Shown here piece after piece: positions 43,241-52,792 of a stretch of DNA of 64,000 bases. The stretch is from an uncultured Planctomycetota bacterium. Its GTDB lineage: Bacteria; Planctomycetota; Planctomycetia; Gemmatales; Gemmataceae. A program made the position numbers and the translations under genes. The DNA lies in NCBI GenBank assembly GCA_963849325.1, contig CAWKHF010000007.1, positions 224,001-288,000 on the forward strand. The letters run 5' to 3'. Every line of letters starts with the position of its first letter. The stretch's first letter is position 1. Below the pieces are notes generated by a model that saw nothing but the letters and a program-made list of their open reading frames with translations, had not been told where the DNA came from and searched no databases.

Positions 43241-44257
43241 TCAGCGTTTCGACCTCTCGCCAGGTAGTACGGCGCCAGACTCTCGCATCTGGCACCCGCA
43301 CATCGTTTTTTCACTCTCGGTCGCAAGCCCCTGCCGAATGGCGCGATTTCTCCGTGGAGACGGGTCCGTTGGCTGGTCTGCTTGTCGCGCCCGGCCGGCC
43401 ATCACCCACGCCGTCGGCGCCAGCACCAGCCCGATGCCGGCCAGCGTGCTCGGCGAAAACGTCGGGCCTTCCAGCACCAGATCCAGACCCAGGGCGAAGA
43501 CGATTTGCATCAACCCGACCACGGACACGCGCACCGGCTGACCGGACGTGAAGGCGCGCGTGATGCACATCTGTCCCAGCGTCGCCGCTATTCCCACCCC
43601 CAGGAGGAGAAGTAGGACCTTCCCTTCGGACAACGGGGCAAGGTTCGGCGCCCCGCCGGCGACCCACGAGCCGAGCACGAACAGGGTGGCGACGCCGGAG
43701 TAATGCACGACAATCGCCCAGGGATGGACGCCCTGAAGACGGTGCAGTCCTAGCATGGCGACGGCCGACGTCAACGCCGCCGACAGCGCGAGGGCGACGG
43801 CCCAGGTGGCGTTGCCGTCCACCTGGAAATGGGGCGACTGGATCAGGGCGACGCCGAGCACGCCACAGGCGGCGGCCAGCCAGACCGACATCGAGGGTCG
43901 GACTCCCAGCAGCGGCCACGACAGGAACGCCACCCAGATCGGAAAAGTGTTCGTGAGCGTTAACACCTCGGACGTGGGCAACTGGGCCAGCGCGTAGAAC
44001 GTGGCGAGCAGGCTGAGGCTGCTGGCACAACCGCGAAGCCACAGCGCGCCGGGTCGCCAGAAGACGAGCGGGGCGCCCGACACGCGGGCCAGGCCGAAGG
44101 CGAATGCCAGGGCCAGGGCACTTCGTGTCAGGGCGACGATGCGCCAATCGCAGCTGTCCTTCAGCAGATGAGCGAACTGCCCCATCCAGGCGGTGAAAAA
44201 ACATCCCGTCAACATCCACAGGTACGGGGCGTAAGAACGATTCGACGCGGCGGAAAT
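43241..44257 (-). CDS. DMT/EamA family transporter
   Basis: About 10 TM helices in two repeats; LWLRG, YALAQLP, TFPIWVA, GQMCITRAF. Confidence 0.88.
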   Translation of the reverse strand: MSAASNRSYAPYLWMLTGCFFTAWMGQFAHLLKDSCDWRIVALTRSALALAFAFGLARVSGAPLVFWRPGALWLRGCASSLSLLATFYALAQLPTSEVLTLTNTFPIWVAFLSWPLLGVRPSMSVWLAAACGVLGVALIQSPHFQVDGNATWAVALALSAALTSAVAMLGLHRLQGVHPWAIVVHYSGVATLFVLGSWVAGGAPNLAPLSEGKVLLLLLGVGIAATLGQMCITRAFTSGQPVRVSVVGLMQIVFALGLDLVLEGPTFSPSTLAGIGLVLAPTAWVMAGRARQADQPTDPSPRRNRAIRQGLATESEKTMCGCQMRESGAVLPGERSKR

Positions 44258-44439
44258 GTCTCACCTCCTCCGTGGCGGAGCATGGGCGCAACGTCATCCC
44301 GAGGATGAATACGGGGCGAGGATCTGAAATCTGGCAGGAGGATGCCTCTTTTCCGCTTGGGCCGCGAAAGCGGATGACGGCCACAGAGTCTTCCCAACGA
44401 CTCTCTTGCCAAGTAGGATGCGACAAAGAAGGATCAGCC

Positions 44440-44649
44440 ATGACCATTCGCGCAGTCTATGAGAACGGCGTGTTTCGCCCGTCGGAAAAGGTTGACTTGC
44501 CGGATCGCTGCGTAGTGGAGGTCGAGATCCGGCAGGTGAAAGAAATTCCCCAAGTCCCGACTCTGGACGAGGTGTACGCCATTCTGGACAGGCGTCATTG
44601 CTCGGGTGAGCATGACCTTGCCGAGCGTCACAATGAGCATCAGCCATGA
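44440..44649 (+). CDS. DUF104/AF2212-like antitoxin
   Basis: MTIRAVYENGVFRP...VDLP; ATGA overlap with the PIN gene. Confidence 0.85.
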   Translation: MTIRAVYENGVFRPSEKVDLPDRCVVEVEIRQVKEIPQVPTLDEVYAILDRRHCSGEHDLAERHNEHQP

Positions 44650-45047
44650 GTGTCGTGTTTCTCGACACGGTGGGGCTGATCGCCAAGTGGGACACGAGTG
44701 ATCAGTGGCACGCTTTGGCAGAGGCAGCTTACCAGCGGATCGTCGCCCAACGTCAATCGGTCCTGACGACCACGTTCATTTTGTTGGAATGCGGCAACAC
44801 GGCGACCCGGCGCACTTTTCGCAGCGATGTATGTGCGTTGCGGCAGGCACTGGAACTTCGCAACGAATGGATCGTTCCGAACGAAGACGATTGGAAAGAC
44901 GCCTGGGCAGCCTACGAGCGTGGGGAGGCAGCGCAGGCCGGAATCGTCGATCACGTCTCCTTCGTCGTGATGCGTCGGCTCGGTGTCACGGAAGCTTTCA
45001 CCAACGACCAGCATTTCCAGGCTGCCGGCTTCACCACGCTCTTCTGA
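44646..45047 (+). CDS. PIN-domain (VapC-like) toxin
   Basis: VFLDT, D.WH, ILLECGN, VDHVSFVVM, AFTNDQHFQAAGF. Confidence 0.9.
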   Translation: MSVVFLDTVGLIAKWDTSDQWHALAEAAYQRIVAQRQSVLTTTFILLECGNTATRRTFRSDVCALRQALELRNEWIVPNEDDWKDAWAAYERGEAAQAGIVDHVSFVVMRRLGVTEAFTNDQHFQAAGFTTLF

Positions 45048-45214
45048 GTTCCGTCGAAGAAGAAAAAGTACAGTACGTATTCACGCTCTTATGGATCGCA
45101 AAATGTACGCTGTCCCCTTTTCGCCCTTCTGTCCCCTTTTCGCCCTTGGTTAGCTGCCGCCTTTGCCCTAGCTGCGACCGCCAGGAAGCGCCGTCACTGT
45201 CGCGGCTAAACGAA

Positions 45215-45661
45215 TCACTTCTTCGCCGCAAACTCCTTCAATTCGAATTGGTACAGGTCGCCGCGGGTCGGGAAGGGACGGTTCCAGTCCGCTTCGTCTT
45301 CCACGAACTCGAAAAACGCCTTCTCCAGTTGCTCCGGTGCGATTTGGAAAGTGAAGGTGGTCAGTCCTTCGGCAGTAGTCCGTTTTACCGCGATGGGCTT
45401 GTCGTTCCCGTGCCCAATTACGATCACCCAGCCGCCTGGTGCCGACGGCGGCCGCCACGTAAGGTTGCCGATGATCCCCGTGATCGTGATTTCGAACACC
45501 TTGAACTTCCCCACGTCCTTGACCTTGACGGACGCTTTGAAGGGCAACTTGTCGATGCTCGCCGGAGTCACGCTGTGGTGCATGCGTCGGGCCAGCGCCT
45601 CGCTGGCGACGAGGAACAGAATTGCCACTGCGAGCACAACGGCGAGATGTTTCGTATTCAT
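45215..45661 (-). CDS. Exported hypothetical protein
   Basis: GGGAG SD, signal peptide ending SEALA; lower GC than the flanks. Confidence 0.65.
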   Translation of the reverse strand: MNTKHLAVVLAVAILFLVASEALARRMHHSVTPASIDKLPFKASVKVKDVGKFKVFEITITGIIGNLTWRPPSAPGGWVIVIGHGNDKPIAVKRTTAEGLTTFTFQIAPEQLEKAFFEFVEDEADWNRPFPTRGDLYQFELKEFAAKK

Positions 45662-46088
45662 ATTCTACTCCCTTGGGTACTGTGGCTTACGCCACCGGCT
45701 CGGTAATTTCTCGGGCTATCTCCCTATTGTTTTGACGAATGACGCCCGCGTCTGGTTTGTATCTTGAAACAGAAAAAGCTAACCAATTTGATTAGCTTGC
45801 CGGCGCCGGTCATCCTATTAACGAGCGCCGGTCAGCCTATCACGGCGCCGGTTGAGCTATTGGCGCGCCCCAGTCAGCCTATCACGGCAGTGGACGCGGC
45901 CCTGCGGCCCTTGTCAAGCGCAAAAGCGGACACGGCCGGGGATCCCGGGTAGCCAACCTTTCGGGCTTGGGGGAACGTGTTTTCGCCGCTGCGGAGGATG
46001 CGGCACCCGCCTGATCTTGGGCGGTTCGCCTTCTCACGGTAGGATGGGCAGGCGGCGGAAGGTCTGTCGATCAAGGGGAGAATGACTC

Positions 46089-47681
46089 ATGCTCCGCTAC
46101 GGATGGGCTGTCGGTCTGTGGATACTGACCTCGGTGTCGGCGTGCGCCGCGCCGGCCGAGGGACAGTGGATCGTCGTGACGGCGCCCGTTTTCCGCAAGG
46201 CCATCGAACCGCTGTGCCACCAGCGCCGGAGCCAGGGGTTGCATGTCGTCGTCGTGCCGACCACGGACGTGCTCTCCGCCGACGAGATTCGCAGCGGCGA
46301 CGCTCGGAAGCTGCGCGAACATATCAACAAGCTCTGCCGCGAATCCAAGGGGCCGTCCTTCGTTCTCCTCGTTGGCGCCATCGACCCCGGCCGCATGGCG
46401 GAGCCGGAGAAGTGCGTGCTGCCGGCGCTCCGCGGCACGGCCGGCCGCATGAAGGACCAGCCCAGCGACAACGCCTACGGCTGTCTCGATGACAGCCGTT
46501 TGCCCACGGTGCCGGTCGGCCGCTTCCCGGCGCGAACGGAGGAGGAAGCTCGCGGCATGGTCGCCAAAACACTCGAATACGAGCGCTCTTCGCCGCCGGG
46601 AATGTGGCGTCGTCGTCTGACCATTCTGGCCGGCATTCCCGCGTACAATCCGCTGGTCGATCGCATGGTTGAGAGCTTGGCCCTGGCCCGCTTCGCGCGG
46701 CTGTCGCCGATCTGGACCGGACGGGCCATCTACAGCAACCCGCAATCGCGCTTCGCCCTGCCGGACGATTTACTGCACAAACGCGCTCTGCAATATGTCG
46801 AGGACGGCGAGGCGTTCACGCTCTACCTGGGCCACTCCAGCGCCGAGGGACTGTACGGCGGGCGGGCGCCGTACCTTGACCGCGACGACTGGTCCCATCT
46901 GCGGATCGGTCGCGGCAAGGGCGTGTTCCTTACTTTCGGCTGCAACGGTTGTCAGTTGAAGGGCCGCGACGGCGAAGGCTACGGCGTCGCGGCGGCGCGG
47001 AACCCGAACGGTCCGGCGGCCGTCGTCGGCTCGCACGGCATTTGCTTCGCCGCGATGGTGCAGCTCGCCGCGGACGGCCTGTTCGAGTGTACCTTCGCCA
47101 ACCGCCCGCCCCGGCGACTCGGCGAAACGTGGCTGGCGATCGAGAACGGTGTGGCTCGCGGCAAGATCGATGATTTCACCTACGGTCTCCTCGACGCCGT
47201 GGACGGCGACAAGAAAATTCCGCAAGCGACGCAGCGGCAGGAGCACCTCGAAATGTTCCTGCTGCTGGGCGATCCGGCCCTGCGCTTGCCCGTCATGCCG
47301 GAGGACGTCGAGCTGACAACGCCTGTGGCCGTCGTGCCCAGCGAGACGTTGACTGTGAAGGGCCGCGTTCCTTCTCGTCTGTCCGGCGCAGGGATACGGC
47401 TGAGCCTGGAGCGCACGGTGAATAGCGTGCCGAGCGATCTGGAGCCGCTGCCGAAAGACGCCGCGATGCGCGACCGCATCGTCATCCGCAACCACGAGCG
47501 CGCCAATCGCTTTGTGCTAGCGACCGGCGAAGTCGTGGCGAAGGACGGTCAATTCGAGATCAAGCTGGCAGTCCCAGCGAAACTACCGTGGCCGCGTCTG
47601 GTGCTGCGCGCCTACGCCGCCACGGAACGAGAGGAAGGCATGGCCGTGCGGATGCTGGAAGTAAAGAAACCCCCGCGCTGA
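46089..47681 (+). CDS. Peptidase C25 (gingipain-like) family protein
   Basis: FVLLVG, SDNAYG, VPVGRFPART, LYLGHS, TFGC, PNGPAAVVGS, LLGDPAL. Confidence 0.85.
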   Translation: MLRYGWAVGLWILTSVSACAAPAEGQWIVVTAPVFRKAIEPLCHQRRSQGLHVVVVPTTDVLSADEIRSGDARKLREHINKLCRESKGPSFVLLVGAIDPGRMAEPEKCVLPALRGTAGRMKDQPSDNAYGCLDDSRLPTVPVGRFPARTEEEARGMVAKTLEYERSSPPGMWRRRLTILAGIPAYNPLVDRMVESLALARFARLSPIWTGRAIYSNPQSRFALPDDLLHKRALQYVEDGEAFTLYLGHSSAEGLYGGRAPYLDRDDWSHLRIGRGKGVFLTFGCNGCQLKGRDGEGYGVAAARNPNGPAAVVGSHGICFAAMVQLAADGLFECTFANRPPRRLGETWLAIENGVARGKIDDFTYGLLDAVDGDKKIPQATQRQEHLEMFLLLGDPALRLPVMPEDVELTTPVAVVPSETLTVKGRVPSRLSGAGIRLSLERTVNSVPSDLEPLPKDAAMRDRIVIRNHERANRFVLATGEVVAKDGQFEIKLAVPAKLPWPRLVLRAYAATEREEGMAVRMLEVKKPPR

Positions 47682-47714
47682 GAGACGCTTCGCGCCAACC
47701 GAGGGCGGTACACC

Positions 47715-48143
47715 ATGAGTCAGGACTATCAGGAGGACGGCATCTCCTTCCGCTATCCGGACGACTGGCGCCTGGACCGCGAGGACAGCGCCGACGGCTG
47801 GACGGTGCTGTTGCAAAGTCCGGGCACGGCGTTCCTGACGCTGACCTGCGATCGCAGTGGGACCAGCACGGAGGAGATCGCGCAAGCAGCCCTGGAGGCG
47901 CTCCGCGCCGACTACCCCAACCTGGACGCCAACCCGCAAATCGACACGCTCGCCGGTCAGATGGCGATTGGCCACGACATAGAGTTCATCAGTCTGGACC
48001 TGACCAACACCTGCTGGACGCGCTGCTTTTACAGCGACGCCGGCACCGTGCTGGTCCTGTGTCAGACGAACGACCTGGAGCTGGAAGAATACGAGCCGAT
48101 CCTGCGGGCCATTTGCGCGTCGTTGACCGTTGAAGAGGAATAG
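47715..48143 (+). CDS. Hypothetical protein (PsbP/Mog1-like start motif)
   Basis: GISFRYPDDW; acidic 142-aa protein. Confidence 0.7.
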   Translation: MSQDYQEDGISFRYPDDWRLDREDSADGWTVLLQSPGTAFLTLTCDRSGTSTEEIAQAALEALRADYPNLDANPQIDTLAGQMAIGHDIEFISLDLTNTCWTRCFYSDAGTVLVLCQTNDLELEEYEPILRAICASLTVEEE

Positions 48144-48194
48144 GCAGAGGAGGCCAGAGCCTTCTCACAGACCCCATACCGAGCCAAACAAGTC

Positions 48195-48554
48195 TTACGG
48201 CACGCCGACACAGAGGGCGATGGCCTCGGCAATCTCGTCCAATTGGGCAAACGTGACCTCGCCCAGCCGATTCACGAAACGGGAGAGAGAAACCGATTTG
48301 GTCTGAAACGTATCGGCTCCCGAGTCTTTGGTCAGTCCATTTGTGGGGACAGCAGGTAGTTCCACAAACCAGGGATAGCCGGAATACGATGGCTTCCAGT
48401 CGGTGATGGGAACGACCAGCCGCAAAGGCAAACGCCCGACGGTATCCAGGTTGATGACGACGGCTGGCCGAACTTTCCGGATCTCCGCACCAACCGAGGG
48501 GTCGAAGTCAATCAACCAAATCTCGCCTCGTCTGGGTGCTGGCACTATCGCCAT
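48195..48554 (-). CDS. PemK/MazF family toxin
   Basis: RGEIWLIDFDPSVGAEIRKVRPAVV, VVPIT, NGLTKDS. Confidence 0.92.
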   Translation of the reverse strand: MAIVPAPRRGEIWLIDFDPSVGAEIRKVRPAVVINLDTVGRLPLRLVVPITDWKPSYSGYPWFVELPAVPTNGLTKDSGADTFQTKSVSLSRFVNRLGEVTFAQLDEIAEAIALCVGVP

Positions 48555-48729
48555 ACAGGTCATCCTTGCCGAAGGCCTCAAAGTCCGTCAATTCCGGATC
48601 GTTGCGGTAGTCCTCTTCCGCTCGTATGGCCGCTGCTTCGAGAATCGCATCTCGTTGCTCGGCGGGTAGTTTTCGCAATTCACTGGCCTTCCAGCGTTTC
48701 GCTGTGCCGGTAGTTGTCTGGTGGTTCAT
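48508..48729 (-). CDS. Small putative antitoxin
   Basis: GGAGG SD; overlaps the toxin start; ELRKLP..QRDAILEAAA, YRNDPELTDFEA. Confidence 0.7.
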   Translation of the reverse strand: MNHQTTTGTAKRWKASELRKLPAEQRDAILEAAAIRAEEDYRNDPELTDFEAFGKDDLYGDSASTQTRRDLVD

Positions 48730-48841
48730 CCGTTTGTCCTCCAACCTCTTTCCGATCTAGTTTCCCTAAACACGTGCCAGGAGTCAACGGAAGAGGGGCG
48801 CCCTGGCACGGACGCTAGAAACGCCCGAAATTCACCAAACT

Positions 48842-50821
48842 TCACTCCGGCAACCGCCACACCCGAATCGTCTCGTCGCGGCTACCCGAAAAAATCTGCT
48901 TGCCGTCGCTGGACACGTCCAGCGACGTGACGGCGGTCGTATGGCCGCGACAGCACCATAGCTCGCAACCGCTGTCCGGATCCCATATCCGCAGCGTACC
49001 ATCGTGACTGGCCGAGACGACTCGACCGTCGGCGGTCACGGCCACGGCGGCGATCATCTGACGATGGCCGCTGAAGCGCCGCAGTTCCCGACCGGTCTCC
49101 ACCTCCCACAGACGGACCGTCGTGTCGAAGTGGCCGGACGCGACGGTTCGGCCGCCGGGGGCGAAGGCCACGCCGAACACCAGGCCGCGCGGCGCCGCAA
49201 AGAGACGCACTTCACGACCGCCGCGCACGTCCCACAGACGCAATGTCTGATCGCGGCCGCCGGAGACGACATGCTGTCCGTCGTCGGACAGGGCGACACT
49301 GGTGATCTCGCCACGGTGGCCGACCCAGCGCTGAATCTCGCGGCCGCTGTGCAGGTTCCACAGGCGCAAGGTGCGATCGTCGCCGCCGGTGACGGCTTGC
49401 CGGCCATCGCGGCTGACGGCAATGCAACGCACCGCGTTGGTGTGGCCGGTCAGCCGATCCGCCTCTTGCCCCGTCGTCGGATCCCAGATACGCACGCTCG
49501 CTCCCTGGCCGGTGAGCACGTGCCCGCTGCCGGGGACCATGGCGAGACCGCATATTTCCAGTGACGATTGCCCGAAGCGCAGACGCTCCTCGCCGCTCTC
49601 CCCGTCGTAGACGCGCAGCTGTCGGTCGGCGCAGGCCGCCACCATCGACCTTCCGTCGCCGCTGAGGACCACCGCGACGACCGGGCCGCCGCTGCCTCGG
49701 ATCAGGCGTGTCTCGTGCAGCGGTTCGGGCTGCTGACCGGCCGGCAGCACGCCGGTGCGTGTCAGTTGTTCCAGCGCGGACGCCAAGTCGCCGGGTGTGC
49801 GAAAGCGATCGTCGGGGTGCTTGGCCATCAATTTGCGGACGACGCTCGCCACCGCCGCCGGCACTTCCGGGCGCAACTGATCGACCGACGGCGGCGTCTC
49901 CCAGCGCTGACGGTCGAGCTTCTGGATCAGCGTGCCACCGGGGAACGGTACACGGCCGCTGAGCAGGAAATAGAAGGTGCAGCCGAGGCTGTACAGGTCG
50001 GCGCGGATGTCGGCCTTGTGCGGGTCTTCCAGCTGTTCGGGGGCGATGTAGTCAGGAGTGCCGAGCACGGCGCCATCGCGCGTCAGCGTCGTCAGCGAAT
50101 CCTCGCCGAGGTCGCGTAGCTGGTACAGGCGGGCGACACCCATGTCGAGGATCTTGACCAGCGGTCGCGGCGGCAGAGCGAGGCGCTGTCCCGGCTGCGG
50201 CGTGCCACTGTTGGGGGCCACGATCATGAGGTTGGACGGTTTGATGTCGCGGTGGACCAGCGCCTGCTCGACGGCGTGCTGCAAGCCCAGCGCCGCCTGC
50301 CGGATGAAGTCGCAGGCCAGAGGAACCGGCAGGGGGCCGTTGTGCTCCACCAGCGTTTGCAGCGTGAGGCCGGGTACGTACTCCATCGCCAGGAAGTGCG
50401 TCTCGCCGTCCTGGTCCAGCTCGTGAACGACGACGATGTTGGGATGCGACAGCCGAGCGGCGGCCTGGGCTTCGCGGCGAAAACGGCTCAGCGCCTCCGG
50501 ATGCGACAGGCGCTCCTTGCGGAAAACCTTCAGGGCGACGACGCGGTTGCGCTGGACGTGGCGGGCCTTATAGACGATGCCCATGCCGCCGCGTCCCAGT
50601 TCCTCCAGGATCTCATAGTCGGCCAACGTGGGCCGAGGCGAGGCGGAAAGCGGCGTCCCTTCCGGCGGCGGCGGCGGAGGAGGAACCAGGAGAGTGGTCG
50701 GACTGTATTCACTCTTCTCCAGCGAGCCGCAGATGGGGCAGGGCGCCGTCGCGCCGCCGGACGGCATCGCGGCGGCGCTGATCTCCCATTCGTGGCCATT
50801 CGGACAGCGCAGGTGCGACAT
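48842..50821 (-). CDS. Ser/Thr kinase with N-terminal Zn ribbon and C-terminal WD40 repeats
   Basis: CPNGH...CPICG, LGRGGMGIVY, HRDIKPSN, DMGVAR, GTPDYIAPEQ, GH-WD repeats. Confidence 0.93.
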   Translation of the reverse strand: MSHLRCPNGHEWEISAAAMPSGGATAPCPICGSLEKSEYSPTTLLVPPPPPPPEGTPLSASPRPTLADYEILEELGRGGMGIVYKARHVQRNRVVALKVFRKERLSHPEALSRFRREAQAAARLSHPNIVVVHELDQDGETHFLAMEYVPGLTLQTLVEHNGPLPVPLACDFIRQAALGLQHAVEQALVHRDIKPSNLMIVAPNSGTPQPGQRLALPPRPLVKILDMGVARLYQLRDLGEDSLTTLTRDGAVLGTPDYIAPEQLEDPHKADIRADLYSLGCTFYFLLSGRVPFPGGTLIQKLDRQRWETPPSVDQLRPEVPAAVASVVRKLMAKHPDDRFRTPGDLASALEQLTRTGVLPAGQQPEPLHETRLIRGSGGPVVAVVLSGDGRSMVAACADRQLRVYDGESGEERLRFGQSSLEICGLAMVPGSGHVLTGQGASVRIWDPTTGQEADRLTGHTNAVRCIAVSRDGRQAVTGGDDRTLRLWNLHSGREIQRWVGHRGEITSVALSDDGQHVVSGGRDQTLRLWDVRGGREVRLFAAPRGLVFGVAFAPGGRTVASGHFDTTVRLWEVETGRELRRFSGHRQMIAAVAVTADGRVVSASHDGTLRIWDPDSGCELWCCRGHTTAVTSLDVSSDGKQIFSGSRDETIRVWRLPE

Positions 50822-50951
50822 GGAAGACGGACTCTCCAGGCACAGAACGTCCATTCCGCCCTGCCATTTTAGCGACCTCGCCAGCGCCCTGCACAGCCAA
50901 GCAGGAGACGAATCCCGAAGCGAGCATGGTTGCGGAATACCTCATCCGATG

Positions 50952-52788
50952 TCATTCCGCCATGACCTCGGGAATGGCTTCCTTGAGGGTCCGCCTGCCC
51001 TTGTCGGTGACCTGGGTGCCGCCTAGGGCCACCAGACGCAGCTTTTTCAAACCGACCAGTTCTTTCATGCCGGCATCCGTGACCGCCGTTTGGCTCAGCC
51101 ACAGCGACTGCATCCGGGGCCACTTCGCCACCACTTTGAGGCCCTCGTCCGTTACGCTGGTATTGGCGATACTTACCAGGTACAGTTTTTTTAAGCCGCT
51201 CAGCTCCTTCAGGCCCGCGTCCGTCAAGCGGATGGATTCAATCCCCAGCACCTCCACGTTCCGGAACTTGGCGACCTCCTTCATACCGGCGTCCGTGATG
51301 CCGGCATTAAAAGAGATGGCTAATCTCCGCATTTCTTGCAGACCGACGAGATGTTTCAGTCCGGCGTCCGTCACCTTGTTTCGATAAACGGCCAGCCACC
51401 GCAGCTGCTTCAAACGGGCAACCTCCTTGAGGTCGTCATCCGTGGTCCCACTGCCATCCAGCCACAAACGCAAACAGCGTTCGGGCGAGGGAAGCGTACG
51501 CAGCTTCCCGCGCGGAAAGACCCGAAAGCGAACCGCCGCGAAAAAGGCGCGCTCCGGATCTTCTCGATTGAACGGCGAGTCCCCTTTGGGAGCTACTCCC
51601 GTGTATTCTTCGGCCGGTACAAAATGCGGCCCCCCGCCGAGTGGGGTGGTTCGGACCCAGCCGAATTCGGCGCCGGCCTCCTCCCAGGCGGCGACGATGG
51701 CCCCCATCGGACCGGCGCGGGGCCAAACCCGCACGGTCCTGTCCGCGCCGGCGCTGATCAGGCGCTGGCCGTCCGGCGCGAAAGCCAGTGCGGTAATGCC
51801 ATCGCCATGCCCCTTGAGGGTTCGGCGCAGCTGGCCCGCGCCCGGCTCCCAGAGCCGAATCGTCCGGTCGAGGCCGGCGCTGGCAATCGTCTTGCCGGTC
51901 GGCGAAAACGCCAGCGTCCAGACTTCGTCCGTGTGGCCCTTGAGCTGGGCCCGCTCCTTGGCGCCGGCCACGTCCCACAAACGCACCGTATGGTCTTCAC
52001 TGGCGCTGGCGAGAATCCTTGCCATCGGGAGAGAAGGCCAGGCAGCGGACCGTACTCTCGTGCCCCTGGAGGACGACCCGTTCCCGCCGTGTCGCCAGGT
52101 CCCAAAGCCGGATCGTGCGGTCGCTACTGCCGCTTGCCAGCAGCGTGCCGTCCGCGGAAAACGCCAACGCTCGGATGGAAGCCTTGTGCCCCGTCAGGAC
52201 GGCTTGCGTCTTTCCACTGGCCGCATCCCACAACCGAATCGTCTTATCGTATCCGGCGCTGGCCAACGTTTTGCCGTCGGGAGAGAAGGCCACGGCGTAG
52301 ACCCAGCTGGTGTGGCCTTCGAGGGTGTGGACCTCCTTGCCGGTGGACGTGTCCCACAGCTTGATTTTCTGATCGGGACTGCCGCTGGCGAGGAGCTTCC
52401 CGTCCGGCGCGAACGCCAGGCAGGTGACGGCGTCGGTATGGCCCTTGAGCGTGTAGCGGACCTTGCCTCCCGGTATGGCGCGAATCTGGATGGTTTCGCT
52501 CTCCTCGGCCAGGGCGATGGTTTGGCCGTCGGGAGCGTAAGCCAGGGCCAGGACCGAGCTGTTGACGCCCGGCAACAGGTAGCCGTACCGATCGAAGTCA
52601 AGAGCTTCCTCAACCGGCTTTCCGGGCGGACCCGCTTCCACTTTCGGCTTTTCCGATCGAGCATTCGCGTCGGGCGATTTCTTCCGCGTCTCGGTTTGAC
52701 CGGACGCCATCGGCAAGAAAAGGACGCCCAACACGATGGCGAACAACCCGGCAATGAGTTGGCGGCCGATTGGCAAGACGTGCATCAT
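50952..52788 (-). CDS. Exported WD40 + leucine-rich-repeat protein (frameshift near 52015)
   Basis: Signal peptide, about 7 GH..FSPDG..WD repeats, then VTDAGLKEL..LK.L LRRs. Confidence 0.85.
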
Positions 52789-52792
52789 GCTA

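Noticed and set aside
41872-44440. Cobalamin riboswitch upstream of the B12/opine cluster
   Set aside because: No B12-box or GGGAA...GCCCCCGC core found by eye in the intergenic segments.
45800-45890. CRISPR array
   Set aside because: Units are adjacent and degenerate with no spacers; no cas genes or regular repeat-spacer pattern anywhere in the window.
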